The notes below the pieces were generated by a model. That model was given only the letters and a program-made list of their open reading frames with translations, did no database searches and had not been told where the DNA came from. Of a stretch of 64,000 nt of DNA, positions 1 to 8,979 are shown one piece after another. Position 1 is the stretch's first letter. Each line of letters opens with the position of its first letter. The stretch spans positions 96,001 to 160,000 of the forward strand of contig CBDCTZ010000014.1 in the NCBI GenBank assembly GCA_965222375.1, in the 5' to 3' direction. A program made the position numbers and the translations under genes. The DNA is from Polyangiaceae bacterium. Lineage in GTDB: Bacteria > Myxococcota_A > Polyangia > Polyangiales > Polyangiaceae.

Positions 1-479
1 ATCTTCCTGCGAACGACGCGTTGGATGACGGCACGATCCAGCTGACCTCGTGTCGACGCTGTACCCACGCGAACCTTGGGCCGGAGCTTGCCTGAACCCT
101 TTGCGGATCCAATTCCGCGTAGGCCAAGCCCACCTGCTCCGCTTCCAAATCCTTTCACACCAATGAAGCCGCCTTCCAGCATTGGGCCGCCGGTCAGGGC
201 TCCCAGCACTGCGGCTTCATCGTAGGGTGCGCCTTCCGTCGAAGCGTCTTCGAAGTCTTTGGGGTCCTCGTCTCGGGAGTCGCTGGCGTTTTCATCCACG
301 ACAGCCACTAGCTCCTCATCGGACGCAGGCTCGCTGTCTTCCGGCGTCGGGACTGCGACGACTGCGGGAGGCTCGCTTGGCTCCGACGGCGGAGCTGCGG
401 CGGGCTTTTGCTGCGCGCAGGCCACGCCAAGGGCAAGGCTTGCGGTGACCGAAAGGAATTGCTCCACGTCGAAACGCAT
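1..479 (-). CDS. Putative lipoprotein with AgmX/PglI-like (TonB-C-like) C-terminal domain; runs off the window edge
   Basis: Not in the ORF track. Manual translation from ATG at 479: MRFDVEQFLSVTASLALGVACAQQK...GFGSGAGGLGLRGIG...PKVRVGTASTRGQLDRAVIQRVVRRK; lipobox-like Cys; GQLDRAVIQRVVRR resembles the start of AgmX/PglI C-terminal domains. Confidence 0.65.
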   Translation of the reverse strand, partial: MRFDVEQFLSVTASLALGVACAQQKPAAAPPSEPSEPPAVVAVPTPEDSEPASDEELVAVVDENASDSRDEDPKDFEDASTEGAPYDEAAVLGALTGGPMLEGGFIGVKGFGSGAGGLGLRGIGSAKGSGKLRPKVRVGTASTRGQLDRAVIQRVVRRK

Positions 480-536
480 GACGGGAGTGTAGACAGAGTT
501 CGAGCAGAAGCTAGGGCGTGATAGCTTTTTGTCGCG

Positions 537-2063
537 TTGCAACGGAATCGTCGCGCCTATTTGACGGCGGCCCTTGGCGGCCCCGCATTCGCGTTGTGCT
601 CACCGCCGATGGATCTCTACCCCATGGTCTTCATCGGGCTCGGGTTGTTGTACCTGGTGACGACCGACGCGGTGCGAGCACGCACGACGTTCTTCCGCGC
701 CTGGCTTTGGGCGACCTGTGCGTCCCTGCTGGGCATGCGATTCATCGTCGGCGTAGTGGACCGCTTCACTGCTCTGGGCGTGGCCGGTGGCTTGGGCGCA
801 CTTCTGCTGCTGGCGGCTGGGCAGGCGGTGCCCTGGGGCCTAGGCGCCCTGTTGGCTCGGGGTATGACGCGACGTCTACACGTGCCTCAGCCGGTCGCTT
901 TCGCGGCGGGTGTCACCCTGGCGAGCAGCCTCACGCTGGTTATCGCGTGGTCGCCGGGTGCGTTGCTTTCTCCTTGGCCAGTGCTGATCCAGCTGGCGGA
1001 GTGGGTGGGAGAGCGCGGGGTGACGTTTCTCGTGGCCTTGATCGCGGCGCTCGCGGCCGAACCACTGCGACGCGCCTTGGAGGGGCCTATCGTGAGCCCG
1101 CGGCGCCCCTTTCTGTACGCGGGAATCATTCTCGGGGTGATGATTGGCTTCGGGATCCCCCGGCTACGCTCCGCGCGTGCCAAGCAAGCTGGCCGCCCCA
1201 GCCTCCAAGTCGGCATGCTTCAGCCGGCCGTGGAAGCTCGACTGAGGTGGGACCCCAAGGCGCGAGACCAAATCCTCCGGACACTCTTGGACCTGACCCG
1301 CGAGAGCGAAGGGCAGGGCGTGGACCTCACCTTGTGGCACGAGGCCGCATACCCTTATCACATTGCGGCTGGCCCCCATCGCATGCACCGGGGGCGGCGC
1401 GGGATCATTGGTCGGGGAGTGCGAGGCCCCGTGCTCTTCGGTGCGCTGGCGAACGCACCCGGTGGCAACGGGCGCTATAACGCTGCCACGGTCGTCGACG
1501 AGCGGGGCATGACCCAGCGCGTACAGGCGAAGATGGCACTGCTCTGGTTCGGTGAGGCCGTCCCTCTCTCGGATCAGCTGCCGTTCTTGCGACGCTGGTT
1601 TTTTCGTGCCGGCGGCCTCGTTCCGGGAGAAGAAGTGGTGTTGCTACGTAGTGGCAAGGCACGGATAGGGGTGTTGAACTGCTTCGAAGACACCCTGCCG
1701 GGCATTGGCCGAGAGATTGCGAAAGAACGTCCCAATCTGCTGGTGAATGTGACTAATGACGCCTGGTTCGGCGCGACCGCGGAGCCGGAGCTGCACCTTC
1801 GGCTTTCTGTGTTGCGAGCCGTCGAGCTGCGGCAGGACCTGGTGCGAGTCGTCAACCTCGGCGTTCCAGCCTGGATCGACTCGAGCGGCACAATCCGGGC
1901 GCGGGGCTCCGCCAACGAAATGGGCGTGCTGTTCGCGACTCCCGCTCTGAACGACGACGCCCCGACCGTGTACGCGAAGGTAGGGGACTGGCCGCTGCTC
2001 GTCGGGCTCGTGATCGCTGGGGCTGTTTCGATAGCTCGACGGCGTCGCCAAGAGTCAGGCTGA
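537..2063 (+). CDS. lnt: Apolipoprotein N-acyltransferase
   Basis: Multiple TM segments followed by a nitrilase-fold domain: QPAV, WHEAA (Glu), AKMALLWFGE (Lys), LNCFED (Cys), VNVTNDAWFG, RAVE. Confidence 0.93.
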   Translation: MQRNRRAYLTAALGGPAFALCSPPMDLYPMVFIGLGLLYLVTTDAVRARTTFFRAWLWATCASLLGMRFIVGVVDRFTALGVAGGLGALLLLAAGQAVPWGLGALLARGMTRRLHVPQPVAFAAGVTLASSLTLVIAWSPGALLSPWPVLIQLAEWVGERGVTFLVALIAALAAEPLRRALEGPIVSPRRPFLYAGIILGVMIGFGIPRLRSARAKQAGRPSLQVGMLQPAVEARLRWDPKARDQILRTLLDLTRESEGQGVDLTLWHEAAYPYHIAAGPHRMHRGRRGIIGRGVRGPVLFGALANAPGGNGRYNAATVVDERGMTQRVQAKMALLWFGEAVPLSDQLPFLRRWFFRAGGLVPGEEVVLLRSGKARIGVLNCFEDTLPGIGREIAKERPNLLVNVTNDAWFGATAEPELHLRLSVLRAVELRQDLVRVVNLGVPAWIDSSGTIRARGSANEMGVLFATPALNDDAPTVYAKVGDWPLLVGLVIAGAVSIARRRRQESG

Positions 2064-2203
2064 TCGAGTCGAGCACCCGCGCGAGGTGCCGATGACGGCA
2101 GTATCCGGCACATAAAAAACCAACCCCAAATCAGACGCCCCAGGTTCAGCGATCGAGCTAGGCCGTGTCCCGAGGCCTGCCGGCGGCGCGGGATTGAAAT
2201 GGG

Positions 2204-3886
2204 CTACCGGCCTTGGTTTGACTCGGCGATCTCCCGGAGTGCTGATTCGAGCTTTCGATGCGTCTGCATGGCGCGGGTGGCTTGGAACTCCGGAGCCGAG
2301 CCTTTGGCGCGAAGGATTCGAACCATGGCGAGCTTGTCGCCGCGGCTCCAGCTAGCAAGGCTGGGTATCAGTGCGAGAATCGGCGCCATGGCGTTGAGCG
2401 CCAGCCGCTCCTCCTCGCTCCAGCGGCGAGCGTCGCCGATACCAAGCCGCCGCTTGACGCGCGTGACGCAAGCCCGTGTTGCGGCGCCGCGATCGCCACC
2501 AGTCTCCCGCGAGAGGCTGTGGCTGACGGCCAACCCAAGCCCACCGAAGTCGAAGCGCCGGCAGCGGCCACCGGAGAGGTCCAGCACGGCTTCCGTGTGA
2601 GACAGCCTGTGCAGCATTCGCGTGTCCGAGCGATAGCCCGGCGTCGCTTGGATCTTCGCTTCCTCTTCGAGAGCCAGGGCCTCGACCTGGGGGTTGGTGG
2701 CTTTGAAGCCGAGCTTTCTATAGAACCAGAACGCGCCGCTACGAATCGCGTCGGGGTTGTCTTCACCCATGCCGTAGCGCGTCAGGTAGAAGTACTGCAC
2801 TCCGAGGTGGTGGTGCAGGAGCCGCATGAGCTGCCCATAGATGGTCCGGATCTCAGCACCGCGAAATTGCGGAAATAGATTGATGCCAATCTCGCAACAC
2901 CCAAACAGAGGAACCGCGGGCCCGTACGCGATGGGAACCGCATTCTTCAAGACCATGAAGAAGTAGTTGGCAGCGAGGGGCGAGCGGTACTCCGGGCGGA
3001 TCCCGACCAGTACGATCTTGATCCCACGCTGGGCCTCTAGCTCCAGGACCTCCTCCGGGTTGGCGTAGATCAGGCCGTGAATCTCGAGCTTCCGGCTGCA
3101 CAGCGCTCGCACGCAGGTATCGATCACCACTTCGCCGCGGCGCTTGTCCGCGAGGGCAGGCACCTCGAGGGGGGTCGTTATCTGTTTGCGCAGGTCGACG
3201 CGTTCGCGTGGCAGTTCGCCCCGCTGGTAGAAGATCCGAGCCAGCGGGAGCTCGACTTCGCAGCGGCCCGTTCCCGGCTCATGCAGGCGATACAGGATGG
3301 GAACGTCGCACATGTCGAAGAGCTTGGCTTGTTGCTCCGCCGGCATGCCTGAGCGCTCCAGCGCCTGGAGTAGGAATCCGAGCTGGCTGCCCTCGACGCT
3401 CGAGCCGGTGCGGTCGAGCCATTCCTCCCAGCCGCAGGGGATGTACTCCATCGTCTCGTTTTCCACCGCGGTCAGCACGAGCTCCAACACCGCCCCGAGC
3501 TGGCCTCCGTCTTCGAACCCCTCCCAGTCGACCTCCACGGACCCCGGATGTCGCCGCGCCAGGTACTGGACCATGGCGTAGGAATAGGGGTAGCGAATGG
3601 AGCTGCCGGGAAAACCGGTGCCGACCAGAGTGGGTGAATCGGACGCGCCGTCCTGCGCCCAGCCGCGCAGCTGCGCGATCACCTTCTGCACGAGCGACCG
3701 CACGCTGGGGTTGTCGGGGTACGCCCGCATGTTGTCGAGCACATCGTGCAGCTGCCCGAGCTCGCGAACGGGAATGTTCTCGAGCGCTTCGAGCTTTTTC
3801 AGAAGCCGCGCCTTGTCGCGTGCGGCACCGGGACCAAAGGTGCGATGAATTTCGAACAGCTCTCGAACGGGATGCTGATCCGACAC
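2204..3886 (-). CDS. Conserved-looking hypothetical protein with a possible GNAT-like C-terminal region
   Basis: 560-aa ORF with normal composition; INLFPQFRG and NPDAIRSGAFWFYRKLGF resemble GNAT motifs A and B; TAGTCT 6 nt upstream of the GTG. Confidence 0.7.
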   Translation of the reverse strand: MSDQHPVRELFEIHRTFGPGAARDKARLLKKLEALENIPVRELGQLHDVLDNMRAYPDNPSVRSLVQKVIAQLRGWAQDGASDSPTLVGTGFPGSSIRYPYSYAMVQYLARRHPGSVEVDWEGFEDGGQLGAVLELVLTAVENETMEYIPCGWEEWLDRTGSSVEGSQLGFLLQALERSGMPAEQQAKLFDMCDVPILYRLHEPGTGRCEVELPLARIFYQRGELPRERVDLRKQITTPLEVPALADKRRGEVVIDTCVRALCSRKLEIHGLIYANPEEVLELEAQRGIKIVLVGIRPEYRSPLAANYFFMVLKNAVPIAYGPAVPLFGCCEIGINLFPQFRGAEIRTIYGQLMRLLHHHLGVQYFYLTRYGMGEDNPDAIRSGAFWFYRKLGFKATNPQVEALALEEEAKIQATPGYRSDTRMLHRLSHTEAVLDLSGGRCRRFDFGGLGLAVSHSLSRETGGDRGAATRACVTRVKRRLGIGDARRWSEEERLALNAMAPILALIPSLASWSRGDKLAMVRILRAKGSAPEFQATRAMQTHRKLESALREIAESNQGR

Positions 3887-3933
3887 CGCGCGAGACTACC
3901 ACACAGCAGTCTCTGGTTCGCACGGTGGTGTGG

Positions 3934-4416
3934 CTAGCGACAGCGCCCCGAGACGCACTTTTCTTTGCAGATGTCGTGGGGCGACCAGATGATCTCCCCA
4001 CACTTCCTTGCATGCCAACGCTTGTCGAAATGGTTGAGTTCGGCGGCAACATCAGCGCGGATGGGGCTGGGACAGATCTCGATCAGTCCGTTGGGACATT
4101 TGAATCCGCCATAGCAGTCGCAGTCTTCGTCGCGTTTGCAGTCATCGACGGGTTTGCGGGCGAAGCGACCTATCGCCGTACGCCAGCCCGCTTCGATCTC
4201 AGCGCACTTCGACTGTCTGGTGCCGCTCGCCGCGGTCAGAGGGGGCGGCGAAGCCGAGGCCACTGCCCCCGGGGCGCTGGCCGTAGGCAAAGACTCTGTG
4301 CCAGCCGGATGGCCAGGCTCGTGAGTCGGCTTGGCAGCCTCCTGCTGGCAGCTGGGAAGGGCTGTCAGGGTCCACCCCAGGACGAACGCAGCGCAGATGC
4401 GGAGGGCCGCGGTCAT
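3934..4416 (-). CDS. Hypothetical Cys-rich lipoprotein
   Basis: ATG at 4416 with GGAG SD; signal peptide ending LPSC; C-terminal DDCKRDEDCDC...CVSGRC. Confidence 0.7.
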   Translation of the reverse strand: MTAALRICAAFVLGWTLTALPSCQQEAAKPTHEPGHPAGTESLPTASAPGAVASASPPPLTAASGTRQSKCAEIEAGWRTAIGRFARKPVDDCKRDEDCDCYGGFKCPNGLIEICPSPIRADVAAELNHFDKRWHARKCGEIIWSPHDICKEKCVSGRCR

Positions 4417-4564
4417 GAGCACGCTCCCCTCTGCGTGATCGAACCAGTCATTCGGTTTGCTGAAGATATCGAGAATTGCCAAGGTCCCACGCGTTCTGGG
4501 TGAGAAACCTGCCAGAACCCGGGCCAATAGTCCCGGATTCCGCCGTTCCCCGAACAGGCCACAC

Positions 4565-4604
4565 AAAATGACGAATCCCCAACTCTCATGCGAGAGCTGG
4601 GGAT
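4565..4604 (-). terminator. Rho-independent terminator downstream of the HU gene
   Basis: Minus-strand hairpin ATCCCCAGCTCTC-GCAT-GAGAGTTGGGGAT followed by TCGTCATTTT. Confidence 0.65.
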
Positions 4605-4672
4605 GCGCCGCTCTTGTTCGGGCTCGTGCTCGCCGGCGCTGTTCTAGAAGCTCGGCGACGTCGCCCAAGGGT

Positions 4673-4984
4673 TCACTGAACCAGATCTTTGAGCGCCTTC
4701 AAGGCCGTCGCGCGGACCTTCTTGCTCGCCGGCTTGGCCGGAATCGTGATCGGCTCTTTGGTGAACGGGTTGATGCCCTGGCGCTCCTTGGTCGCGGGCT
4801 TCTTCACCACGCGGAGCTTGACCAGCCCGGGAACGACGAACTCGCCGGGACCCCGTGCTGAGAGCTGCTTGCGGATCAGCTCCTGCAATGCCTCGAAAAC
4901 CCGGCCGATGCTCTTCTTGTCGAGATCCGCTGCGTTCGAGAGTTCCGCTACAACCTGCGCCTTTGTCAGCCTCTTTCCAGCCAT
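4673..4984 (-). CDS. HU family DNA-binding protein
   Basis: MAGKRLTKAQVVAELS...RQGINPFTKEPITIPAKPA; AGGAGG SD before the ATG at 4984. Confidence 0.93.
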   Translation of the reverse strand: MAGKRLTKAQVVAELSNAADLDKKSIGRVFEALQELIRKQLSARGPGEFVVPGLVKLRVVKKPATKERQGINPFTKEPITIPAKPASKKVRATALKALKDLVQ

Positions 4985-5307
4985 CGTCTGCCTCCTGCTA
5001 AATGAGAAATCTTTTCGAAACCCGCCTCTCCCGCCCTCTCTCGCCGCTTCTTTCAATCGCGAGAGCCGTTCAAGGCACGCGACAGGTACCAAGGGATTTT
5101 CGGCCGTTCAAGCGGAAAAAAGCCTTCTTGGTGAGCGAAACCAGCTTTTTTTCCAGGGTGATGTGACCTCTGGCGTCCCATCACCGCGTGCAAATGGCCA
5201 AATGCGCGACCGGCGGCCCACCCCTATTTGCGACAAGGACCACGGTGGCCGCAAACCTGCGCCGTATCAACAAACCCAACGTAGACGCGGAGTTAGGTCT
5301 GGATCCC

Positions 5308-5808
5308 TCATGCCTTTCGGGAAATCCTGCGGCGCCTGGGACGCGTCGGGCCGGCTGGCCGAGCGCACGCCGTTTTCTCTGCAACTCGGACCAGGGCTTT
5401 CGTGTCCGCCGTCATGCGTTTTTTTTTGGAGGGGGTATCGTGATCGCGCCCCAGCAGGTGCAAAAGCCCATGGGCCAGCAATAGCCGCACCTCCGCGGCG
5501 AGGGGGCGGCGCCGGCCCTCGGCCTGGCGCGCCGCTGTGTCCAGGGAAATCACGACGTCGCCAAGGAGCCTCGGCAAGCCCTCAGGCACGTCGTCCTCGT
5601 CCAGGGGGAAGGCAAGCACGTCCGTCGGCTTGTCCCTGTCGCGATGGTCGCGATTCAGAACACGGATGGTGCGGTCGTCAGTCAGCAGCACGCTGAGCTC
5701 GGCGCGCTCGAGGGATAAGGCGCGCAACATCGCGTCCCCCTCCTGCCGAACGCCGCCGCTGGCTAGCTGAGGAGATCGCGGCGCGCGGCGTCGCACGAAA
5801 GTCGGCAA
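5308..5808 (-). CDS. ybeY: rRNA maturation endoribonuclease YbeY
   Basis: LNRDHRDRDKPTDVLAF, LGDVVIS and HGLLHLLGRDH motifs. Confidence 0.93.
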   Translation of the reverse strand: MPTFVRRRAPRSPQLASGGVRQEGDAMLRALSLERAELSVLLTDDRTIRVLNRDHRDRDKPTDVLAFPLDEDDVPEGLPRLLGDVVISLDTAARQAEGRRRPLAAEVRLLLAHGLLHLLGRDHDTPSKKKRMTADTKALVRVAEKTACARPAGPTRPRRRRISRKA

Positions 5809-5814
5809 CGAGAC

Positions 5815-6462
5815 TTAGCCCTTCGGGATCTTCTTGGCGTCTTCCAAGAACTTCGCGAGGCCCTTGTCGGTCATCGGGTGCTTGAGCAGCTGATTGATGA
5901 CTTTGAAAGGAATGGTGGCGACGTCCGCGCCCATCAGGGCAGCCTGAACGACGTGCACCGGATGCCGGACGCTTGCGACGAGAACCTCTGTTGTGAAATC
6001 GTAGTTCCGATAGATCGTCACGATCTGTTCGGCCAGGTTCATTCCGTCGTCGGAGAGGTCATCCAACCGGCCGACGAAAGGGGAAATGTAGGTCGCGCCT
6101 GCCTTGGCCGCCATCAGCGCCTGGCTCGGCGAGAAACATAGGGTGACGTTGGTCTTGATGCCCTCGGAGCTGAAGACGCGGGTGGCTTTCATCCCCTCGG
6201 CAATGAGCGGGACCTTCACCACGACGTTGGGGTGGATTTTGGCCAGCTCCCGGCCCTCTCTGAGGATGCCGGCTTGGTCCGTGGCCAGGACCTCAGCGGA
6301 GATGGGGCCGTCCACGACCTCACAGATTTCCGCAATGACAGTCTTGATGGGCTTACCTGCTTTTGCGAGCAGTGATGGGTTCGTGGTCACACCGTCGATG
6401 GCACCCATGGCCACCGCTTCTTTGATCTCGTCAATGTCGCCGGTATCGATGAAGATTTTCAT
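5815..6462 (-). CDS. fsa: Transaldolase / fructose-6-phosphate aldolase family (class 3 short form)
   Basis: [21 protein letters not shown] (Schiff-base Lys), [19 protein letters not shown]. Confidence 0.93.
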   Translation of the reverse strand: MKIFIDTGDIDEIKEAVAMGAIDGVTTNPSLLAKAGKPIKTVIAEICEVVDGPISAEVLATDQAGILREGRELAKIHPNVVVKVPLIAEGMKATRVFSSEGIKTNVTLCFSPSQALMAAKAGATYISPFVGRLDDLSDDGMNLAEQIVTIYRNYDFTTEVLVASVRHPVHVVQAALMGADVATIPFKVINQLLKHPMTDKGLAKFLEDAKKIPKG

Positions 6463-6627
6463 TTTGCCTCGCCTGTTTGCGCTGACGAGCGCAACGAAGG
6501 GTGTGGGTGCCAGAGCTGCCGCCGCTAGCCTAGTTTCGAGTAGCCCCAACCGGGTGGAGGCGCAAGCGCTGCTGAAATTTTCGCAGGGGCTTTCCAAGGA
6601 TCGGGGTCGGAGCTACGTTTCAGTATC

Positions 6628-7191
6628 GTGGGCAGGCCTTCTCGACCTCCGGGCTTCGACATGACCTATCGGCCGACCGAGACGGTGTTCGGACCGCCTT
6701 GGCCTGCCAAGATCCCGTCGGCCTTGTACGTGATCATCGCGGTTGCCGTCGTCGTAGTGGTCGTGGTGGCTGAAATGTCGCCGAGTAGCTCTGCACTCTA
6801 TGTCTACGTGGTCGAGAAAGACGTTCACCGCATACTCGGTGCCCGTACTTTGGCGGCCATCGTTTGCCTGAGTGCTCTCGCCGCTGTGTTTCGCACCGGC
6901 ATGCGTGGCGTTCGGGTGCGCGGTGACAGCGTCGAGTATCGCGACGTTCTCAGTTTCGGCTGGCCGCGGGTGCGACGCTACCGCTGGGCGCAGATCGACT
7001 GCGTCGTGTTGGACCAGCCGCAAAGCATCGCCTTGGACCTATGGGACGGCTCCCGCACCTTCTTGCCTCACGTGGGTGACCGAGAGGGGCTCGCGAAGGT
7101 GCTCGAAACTGTGGCGACGGCGCGAGCCATCCCGGTGCGTGGCGGCAGCGGCATCGACGAGATCCCCGAGTCCGGGGAATTCGACGACTGA
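6628..7191 (+). CDS. Hypothetical membrane protein, possibly with a bacterial PH-like C-terminal domain
   Basis: Two hydrophobic segments, then GVRVRGDSVEYRD...RRYRWAQI. Confidence 0.7.
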   Translation: MGRPSRPPGFDMTYRPTETVFGPPWPAKIPSALYVIIAVAVVVVVVVAEMSPSSSALYVYVVEKDVHRILGARTLAAIVCLSALAAVFRTGMRGVRVRGDSVEYRDVLSFGWPRVRRYRWAQIDCVVLDQPQSIALDLWDGSRTFLPHVGDREGLAKVLETVATARAIPVRGGSGIDEIPESGEFDD

Positions 7192-7195
7192 GCGG

Positions 7196-8083
7196 CTAGA
7201 GCGCGCCGTCGAGGAAGTTGGCGACTTCCGCGATGGACTCGGGTCGAACGTCAAACATCACTGTGCCGTGGTCGCCGGGATCGTACTCGGAGAACTTCCA
7301 GGTCGAGGGGGCGCCGGCTTCGAATCCCTTGCTCCAAGCACTCTCCGCCTTGGAGTAGACGAAATGCATGCTCAAGGGGTCGAGTAGGGGCCGGTGGCTC
7401 GAAATCGTGTTTTGGTTTTCCGTGTATGCGCCGCCCGTGAGGAAGACCAGAGCCTTCGGCGTTTCGTAGGCTGCGTCCGCGCCGGCGAAGACGGTGAAAT
7501 CCAAGGCCGTCGTGGTGCCGTTGGAAGCGCCGACGAGGGCGATGCGCGTCTTGTCGATGGCGCACTCATGCTGAAGCAAGAAGTCGACTGCGGCCTTGGC
7601 ATCGAGTTTGCCGTTGGGCCCCTGGTAGGCCTCGGTCGCTACGCCCTGGGAATCCCCAGCACCGCGTCGGTCGACGTTGAGGACGTGAATGCCCTTTGCG
7701 GTCAGAGCACTGATGAAACTGGGCTTGTAGTTGGTCCGGTTGTTCGATGGCGGAATCATGTGCAGCAAGATTGCTGCCCGACCGCCCTTTACGGAACTGC
7801 TGTGGAAGTCTGCCGCCAGATTCACGCCGTCGTCGGTCGCGAACCCGACGACGCTGCTTCCGCCCGCGCACGTGCTACCCGCGTCCGAGCCCGCGCTTCC
7901 GCCGGTCGCGCCTGCGCTACCACCACTGGCACCGGCTCCGCCGGCTGCACCTCCGCTGCCGCCGGAGCTTGCGCCGCCTGTTGCCGGGGAGCCCGTCGAA
8001 TCCGACTCCGAGCAGGCAACGCCGGTCGCTGCTGTGACAACAGCGCTGAAGCATGCCAGTGCGTGGGGGAATATTCGTTTCAT
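7196..8083 (-). CDS. Alpha/beta hydrolase lipoprotein
   Basis: Lipobox GVAC, Gly/Ser linker, DRRGAGDS, nucleophile elbow GASNG, C-terminal DHGT. Confidence 0.85.
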   Translation of the reverse strand: MKRIFPHALACFSAVVTAATGVACSESDSTGSPATGGASSGGSGGAAGGAGASGGSAGATGGSAGSDAGSTCAGGSSVVGFATDDGVNLAADFHSSSVKGGRAAILLHMIPPSNNRTNYKPSFISALTAKGIHVLNVDRRGAGDSQGVATEAYQGPNGKLDAKAAVDFLLQHECAIDKTRIALVGASNGTTTALDFTVFAGADAAYETPKALVFLTGGAYTENQNTISSHRPLLDPLSMHFVYSKAESAWSKGFEAGAPSTWKFSEYDPGDHGTVMFDVRPESIAEVANFLDGAL

Positions 8084-8135
8084 GGCCGTTAGGATACGCG
8101 GATTCGACTCGCGGGTTTCACGCTAACCTTTCGGG

Positions 8136-8966
8136 GTGCCAGGCCCGACCCCGATCACCGAGATTACCGAGGGAATCGTGTCCATCGAGGGCGTCGTCAA
8201 GAGGGCCGACGCACCTCTGCTCGAGGCGCCCGCGAGCGGACGGCAGTGTGTTGCTTACGTCGTGACGTCTGGAGTGCTGACGGGTGCTTTGACGCAAGGG
8301 GCTCAACCCTTCTTCGTGAAAGACGAAACCGGCGAAGTGCTCGTCGTGCCGGACCGCTTCACCGCACGCTTGGGTGGCCGCGAGCGGCACGCGAACTTGG
8401 ATGTCGTCGACGCGGATGCAAAAACAGTGAGCGATGAGTTGGCCGGGCTTCGAGAGCAGCTCTCGGGGAACCGCGATCCCGATATGGTTCGGCGTCGCCG
8501 CACGCTCCGCAAGCTGTACACGCTGCTGTGCGCCATCCGCGCTCATGCGCGTGGGAATTGCCATGTGGGCAAGTCTCTGGAGGGGCAAGAAAGGTACATC
8601 GCGAGGAACACGGAGTTGTTCAAGAGTGAACACGCTCCCCAGAAACTGATGACGCTCAAGGTCACCCGAGAAGAAACCGTGTTGACAGTGGGGCAGCGCG
8701 CGCGGGTCACAGGGCTCGCGGACCGTCGCGCTCACGCGCTTGCGACGGGTGCCGGCTATCGAGAGCGTTCCACCATGCTGGTTGTCTTGGCGCCTGAAGA
8801 CGAGCCGCTGCTGCTCGTTGGCGAGGGTGCCGAGGAGGTCGAAGCCGAGCGGCTACAGGAGCACAACGCCGTGGTGACGCCGAAGCAGGACCCGGTTCGG
8901 TGGCAGATTGCGGTCTTCTTGATGTTCCTGATCGTGATTGTGCTTGGGTTGCTCTTCAAGCGGTAG
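8136..8966 (+). CDS. GIDE-domain-like protein with C-terminal TM anchor
   Basis: LEAPASGRQCVAY, PFFVKDETGEVLVVP and EETVLTVGQRARVTG match the GIDE pattern as I recall it; C-terminal hydrophobic helix. Confidence 0.65.
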   Translation: MPGPTPITEITEGIVSIEGVVKRADAPLLEAPASGRQCVAYVVTSGVLTGALTQGAQPFFVKDETGEVLVVPDRFTARLGGRERHANLDVVDADAKTVSDELAGLREQLSGNRDPDMVRRRRTLRKLYTLLCAIRAHARGNCHVGKSLEGQERYIARNTELFKSEHAPQKLMTLKVTREETVLTVGQRARVTGLADRRAHALATGAGYRERSTMLVVLAPEDEPLLLVGEGAEEVEAERLQEHNAVVTPKQDPVRWQIAVFLMFLIVIVLGLLFKR

Positions 8967-8979
8967 CGCGAAGGTGGGG

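Noticed and set aside
2086..2120. GTGCCG...CGGCAC hairpin after lnt as an intrinsic terminator
   Set aside because: Followed by an A-run rather than a U-run on the + strand, and the T-run precedes it on the - strand
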